Positions 60,260-64,000 of a stretch of DNA of 64,000 bases are shown piece after piece (the stretch's first letter is position 1; every line of letters begins with the position of its first letter). Made by a program: the position numbers and the translations under genes. The DNA is taken from positions 1 through 64,000 of IMG/VR virus record IMGVR_UViG_3300044691_000477; one strand, 5' to 3'. The DNA comes from a virus. The notes under the pieces are model-generated. The model made no database searches and was not told the DNA's origin. It was given only the letters and a program-made list of their open reading frames with translations.

Positions 60260-61242
60260 CGGTACTTCCCTCCGTTCGCCAGCGCTGAGACCAGCAGTAG
60301 ATGCTGCACATTGGTGCAGGGCATGCCAGTGTCCTTGTGCGCCTGCTCATCGAGTTGCTTGAGCGCACGCAGCACACTGATGGCGCCGTTGCCCTTGCCG
60401 GCCTGCCACCTGAAGTTGGCGACGTCGAAGTAGCCCTTGCCACCCGGTGCGAACGCGGTCTTGCGCCCGTCGTGGATGGAGTCGAAGAGTTTCGCGCCGT
60501 CACGCACCACTTCGTGCAGGGTGCGCAGCGCTGCCACCTCACGTGGGTGCCGCTGTACGCGGTCGCGCGCCCATTGGAACTGAGCGAGCACCTCCCGTGC
60601 ACCTGTGAGGTCGTCTTCGACCTGGGCGCGGTCGCTTGAGCTGAAGTAGTCAGCGCTGAACCCTTCGGGCACCTGCACCGGATGCAACGTCCATACGTCG
60701 TTCGTCACGTTGTAGGCGGCGTAGGGGTTGATGGCCAGCAGATCGTTCGGCCCGGCGCCGACACCAGGATTGACGTAGTACGTCAACTCGTAGGTGTTGC
60801 CATGGATGACGGACTTGGCGGTGTGGGGCCATAGGTGCTGATGCATCAAATTGTTCAACTCGTGCGCGATGGCATCATCCGGGCTGCCCCGCCAGTAGGG
60901 GTTGGAGGTGGTGAAACGCAGGTAGTCCAGACCGACCATGACATCGAGGTCCCCTGGCTCACCGCCACTCTCACGGTCTGCGTTCCACGCGGTGGTGATG
61001 CCGCTGCCTGCGATCCAGAGTTGCGTGCACTCCTCCATATCGTGCAACCGCGCCATACGGCACCACGAGTAGAAGTGATCAGCGATGAAACGGCGCACGT
61101 CTGGGCGCAGATGGTCACTCTCCTCGAACAGCGACGGGTCGAGTGTCGTGCCTCGCTTCGCGAAGTAACCACTGCCGCCGGCGAACAGCGGCTGGGTGGC
61201 AGCAGCGCGACGTGCGAGGGCCTCTTCGTAGCCGTAGGTCAT
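60256..61242 (-). CDS. Putative Pol-beta-fold nucleotidyltransferase
   Basis: WIAGSGITTAWN..GEPGDLDVMVGL (GS...DxD). 328 aa. Confidence 0.45.
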   Translation of the reverse strand: MTYGYEEALARRAAATQPLFAGGSGYFAKRGTTLDPSLFEESDHLRPDVRRFIADHFYSWCRMARLHDMEECTQLWIAGSGITTAWNADRESGGEPGDLDVMVGLDYLRFTTSNPYWRGSPDDAIAHELNNLMHQHLWPHTAKSVIHGNTYELTYYVNPGVGAGPNDLLAINPYAAYNVTNDVWTLHPVQVPEGFSADYFSSSDRAQVEDDLTGAREVLAQFQWARDRVQRHPREVAALRTLHEVVRDGAKLFDSIHDGRKTAFAPGGKGYFDVANFRWQAGKGNGAISVLRALKQLDEQAHKDTGMPCTNVQHLLLVSALANGGKYR

Positions 61243-61282
61243 GTGTCCAGTCTCCTACCTGTAGAGGCCATCGCGGTCGAGA

Positions 61283-61903
61283 TCAGCGCCTACGTGGTGC
61301 CTGCATCTGCTGAGCCATCCGCATCGCCTGGGCCTTCTCACCCATGGCCTGGGCGCTGACTTGGAGCCCGAACACGACCTGCTTTGCGGTCATGGACGCC
61401 TGAATGTCGCGCCGCACGAGAGCGCAACCTGAGTCCATGTCGTCCACAGTGGCCAGCCGGTCGAGTGACATCAGCAGGTTCACGTCGTGGGTGGCGGTTG
61501 CTGTGCCGTCGTGGCCGATGATGACAAGGAAGGCCGTGAGCGCTGGCGTGACTTGGTTCTCCTCGTCCAGCCCCTGCTCCTCCGCGGCCTGCAGACGGAG
61601 TAACTCACCGGCCTGCTCAGCAGTGAGTTGAGCCTCCCGGCCCATCTCACGCAACTCTTCGATGCGCTGCTGGCGGTAGGTCTTGTCTCCCTCCTCGCTG
61701 TCACCGGGGAGGACGAGTTTTGGATTCCCCTCCTCATCGACTTGCTCGAGCGCATCCTTCTCGGCCTCGAGAGCCTTGAGCTCAGCAGCAGCGCGGGCTT
61801 CGGCGCGCTTGTCCGTGACCGTCACGGTGACGGCAGGACAGTTTTCGGCGTGCGGCTCTGAAGGCCCGGCGCCGCAACCCTCACACCTCTCACTGCTGGG
61901 CAT
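61283..61903 (-). CDS. Hypothetical coiled-coil protein
   Basis: ATG 61903. 206 aa. Confidence 0.6.
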   Translation of the reverse strand: MPSSERCEGCGAGPSEPHAENCPAVTVTVTDKRAEARAAAELKALEAEKDALEQVDEEGNPKLVLPGDSEEGDKTYRQQRIEELREMGREAQLTAEQAGELLRLQAAEEQGLDEENQVTPALTAFLVIIGHDGTATATHDVNLLMSLDRLATVDDMDSGCALVRRDIQASMTAKQVVFGLQVSAQAMGEKAQAMRMAQQMQAPRRR

Positions 61904-62345
61904 GAATGATCTCCTCGATGTTGTGGGTGTAGGCGAACACGGCCTGTGTGCTGGCGGCGTGCAAGGTGCGCATGGCAGTGGTGCGATCAGCACTCGAGGG
62001 GATCAGCGCAAGCAACTCCACCACGGTGGCCTTGAAGCAGTCGCGGATGTGCTGGACGTCGCGCCCTTGCCCCTCATCGAGTACCACATTGTCGAACCAG
62101 TGCAGGATCTCGTCTCGGCTCGGTCCGAACGAACTTGCTGTCGTGACAAGCTCGACGGTCTCGAAGGGTTGTGTGTTGGGCCAACGATAGGTCTCGTTAT
62201 TCCACCTGAAGGCATGGTCCGACTCATGCTGACCGAACTTGTCGACAGCCATGCCGCAGAACATGAACTGGACATCAGGGCCACCGTCGCCAGGGGCTGC
62301 TGTCTGTCCGCAGACGTTGACGGCTTGCTTCAGGGCAATGGTCAT
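61890..62345 (-). CDS. Hypothetical protein
   Basis: 151-aa ORF. Confidence 0.65.
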   Translation of the reverse strand: MTIALKQAVNVCGQTAAPGDGGPDVQFMFCGMAVDKFGQHESDHAFRWNNETYRWPNTQPFETVELVTTASSFGPSRDEILHWFDNVVLDEGQGRDVQHIRDCFKATVVELLALIPSSADRTTAMRTLHAASTQAVFAYTHNIEEIIHAQQ

Positions 62346-62959
62346 TCCTCGCCTCTCATCATGCGCTTCTTGTGATCCACGACGGTCTGGTACGGGCAGA
62401 ACGAACAGAGGTAGAGCTTCGGCATGTCGTTGGCCAGCCGGTCCAGATCGATGTTGTTGCGCTGACCAGCCAGCTCGAGTTCCCTGGCCATCTGCTTGCG
62501 GTCCTTGCGTGTCGGTGGCCTGATGATCTTCGAGTTGTCGCGGTAGTCGAGACAGGGCTGCTCGCTGTTGGGCTTGCGATGTTCGTTCCAGCAGATCACA
62601 GCGTCATCGCGCATCTGGTCCTTTACGTCGTAGTACGACGGCGTGAATCCTGTGGTGCCCTTCCACATCTCGTCCACGATCTGACGCTTGGCGGCGCGGT
62701 CCTCCCATACCCGCTTCTCGATGCGGTGCAGTGCACCGTTGTGCGGGTTCTGTGTCTCACCACCGTGCTTCTCGTTGACGTAGTGCAGCGAGGCATCGTC
62801 TTGTGGGTTGGCAGCCTGTGGATAGTCAGGCAGTACCTCGAGGGTCTTGCAGGTGAAGCACTGCAACAGGCGGATGCATTCACCGATCGGCTTGCTGCCT
62901 TGGGCTGCTTCGGCTTCCGCAGCGGCAGCGAGCATCTCCTCGATCTCACTGCTGGGCAT
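62342..62959 (-). CDS. Hypothetical protein
   Basis: 205-aa ORF. Confidence 0.65.
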   Translation of the reverse strand: MPSSEIEEMLAAAAEAEAAQGSKPIGECIRLLQCFTCKTLEVLPDYPQAANPQDDASLHYVNEKHGGETQNPHNGALHRIEKRVWEDRAAKRQIVDEMWKGTTGFTPSYYDVKDQMRDDAVICWNEHRKPNSEQPCLDYRDNSKIIRPPTRKDRKQMARELELAGQRNNIDLDRLANDMPKLYLCSFCPYQTVVDHKKRMMRGEE

Positions 62960-63281
62960 CTGCCCTCTCCTTCGCCAGCCGGTCGACCTCGCGGCTCAGG
63001 TACCACAGAGCCTTTTTGAGGTCTTCGAGTTCCTTCTCGGGACCGCCCTTCTTCCCAGCGCGCCAGATGTACTTCATGGTCGTGCCGCAGTTGAAGCTGA
63101 AGTGCTCTAGGAAGTCGATGCAGTCGACGCCGCCGATGAGGTCATAGTGCTTGGGGCTGTTAATGGCCCCGCCGATCTCCTCGCCGGCGACGCGTTCGAA
63201 ACCATGCTTCAGGGGGTCGTTAACTGGCGACGGCACCGCCTTGGGGTGGTCGGCCCACTGAAGACGATCGTCAGCAACCAT
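62946..63281 (-). CDS. DUF3310-like protein
   Basis: INSPKHYDL..IDFLE..GTTMKYIWRAGKKGG..EDLKKALWYL. Confidence 0.7.
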   Translation of the reverse strand: MVADDRLQWADHPKAVPSPVNDPLKHGFERVAGEEIGGAINSPKHYDLIGGVDCIDFLEHFSFNCGTTMKYIWRAGKKGGPEKELEDLKKALWYLSREVDRLAKERADAQQ

Positions 63282-63756
63282 TCGAATCCACCTCGAGCAC
63301 AGCAGCAACGTCAGGTGGCGTCCAGCCCTCGGGCTTCAGCACCTTGCCGTCGGGGCTGACGACGCAAAAGCCGGTGCTCTCGTCCACCTTGAGCATGTTG
63401 CTGCGGTGGACCTCATCGAACACGTCCTGCAGCGGCAGGCCGAGCGTCCACCCTGAGCCGAGGGTGACGTACTCGAGGTCGGCCAGTGCGTCCGCCGCCT
63501 CCACGATGTCGACGTCCTCATCCTCGATGATCTCGACTTGGATGGAATGCTCGTTGAGGGCGTGCAGATCGGTGGCGATGCCAGTCACGCGCACACCCAT
63601 GGCGGCGGCGAACTCCATGGCCTCCTCGACCACCAGCCGCACCCGCAGCAGCCGCTCAGCCTCGGTAGGCGCGGTGATCTCGGTGCGCACTGGCTGCCGA
63701 GCTGCGCGCATGAACTCGGCGACCTTCATGCTGTTGGTCTTGCACAGGCAGGTCAC
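63271..63756 (-). CDS. MazG-like nucleotide pyrophosphohydrolase
   Basis: LRVRLVVEEAMEFAAA..DIVEAADALADLEYVTLG..FDEVHRSNMLK. Confidence 0.7.
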   Translation of the reverse strand: MTCLCKTNSMKVAEFMRAARQPVRTEITAPTEAERLLRVRLVVEEAMEFAAAMGVRVTGIATDLHALNEHSIQVEIIEDEDVDIVEAADALADLEYVTLGSGWTLGLPLQDVFDEVHRSNMLKVDESTGFCVVSPDGKVLKPEGWTPPDVAAVLEVDSNGC

Positions 63757-64000
63757 GCCACCGCTCCCATCAGGTCAAATCGGTGCTGGTGGTAGCCGGT
63801 GAGGTTGCCGTACCTCGGCCCGACGTACTCGTAGCGGCCTCGCCCGGTCTGAAAGCGCGGGTAGATGCCCACCGACTGGACGTTGAACAGGTCGGGCACG
63901 CAGGGGTGCTCAGCCGGTGAGTAGTGCACCGGACTGGCCGCAACGAGCCGGTCGTACAGCGCCATGTCCTCGGCGATGTCGCGTTTGCCTTCCTGCGTGA
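63753..64000 (-). CDS. Hypothetical protein; N-terminus may lie beyond the right window edge
   Basis: Track ORF 63753..63965. The same frame stays open up to position 64000. Confidence 0.55.
   Translation of the reverse strand, partial: TQEGKRDIAEDMALYDRLVAASPVHYSPAEHPCVPDLFNVQSVGIYPRFQTGRGRYEYVGPRYGNLTGYHQHRFDLMGAVA

Noticed and set aside
1-64000. tRNA genes, CRISPR arrays, integrase/attP, and IS or transposon ends.
   Set aside because: I scanned for T-loop-like GGTTCGAATCC motifs, regularly spaced repeats, and tyrosine- or serine-recombinase-sized ORFs and motifs. None was found. Lysogeny functions, if any, lie outside this window.

Overview
High-GC (actinobacterial-type codon usage, GGAGG-type RBS) dsDNA phage or prophage segment. 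Every recognisable gene is viral. I see no integrase, tRNA, rRNA or CRISPR array. All product calls come from motif recognition by eye; no search was run. There are five transcription arms. (1) 1-29744, minus strand: a complete contractile-tail virion module read right to left. It runs large terminase, a 2.9-kb accessory island, portal, scaffold, major capsid, head-tail genes, sheath, tube, chaperone pair, a 1162-aa tape measure with NlpC/P60 and SLT domains, then LysM/gpX-, gpD-, gpV-, gp25- and Baseplate-J-like genes. The last gene runs off the left edge. (2) 29879-34160, plus strand: small early genes including a TopoVI-A/Spo11-like protein. (3) 34128-51776, minus strand: about 45 small genes including a ParB-like paralog, a KTSC protein, a HerA/FtsK-like ATPase, an exonuclease, DUF1653, Nudix and NDT-like genes. 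(4) 52670-56007, plus strand. (5) 55988-64000, minus strand: TGT/DpdA-like, PAPS-reductase-like, SLT-like, NTase-like, DUF3310 and MazG-like genes. Main second-look items: a candidate DNA-modification module (DpdA-like gene with an unknown C-terminal half, a PP-loop ATPase, and three ParB/Srx-like paralogs); a self-contained divergent two-gene cassette with its own promoters and terminators inside the head-tail genes; TGTACA-centred palindromic divergent promoter/operator architecture used twice; a conserved ACTCGGRRCAC...GGAGCAC leader before at least 10 operon-leading genes on both strands; a ~0.9-kb low-GC repeat-rich non-coding region (candidate origin or regulatory hub); nucleotide-conserved gene-junction cassettes reused on both arms; and several apparent frame breaks (portal, EndoVII, chaperone, a Cys-rich ORF), all needing +1. 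Those breaks could be real recoding or decay, or assembly indels.
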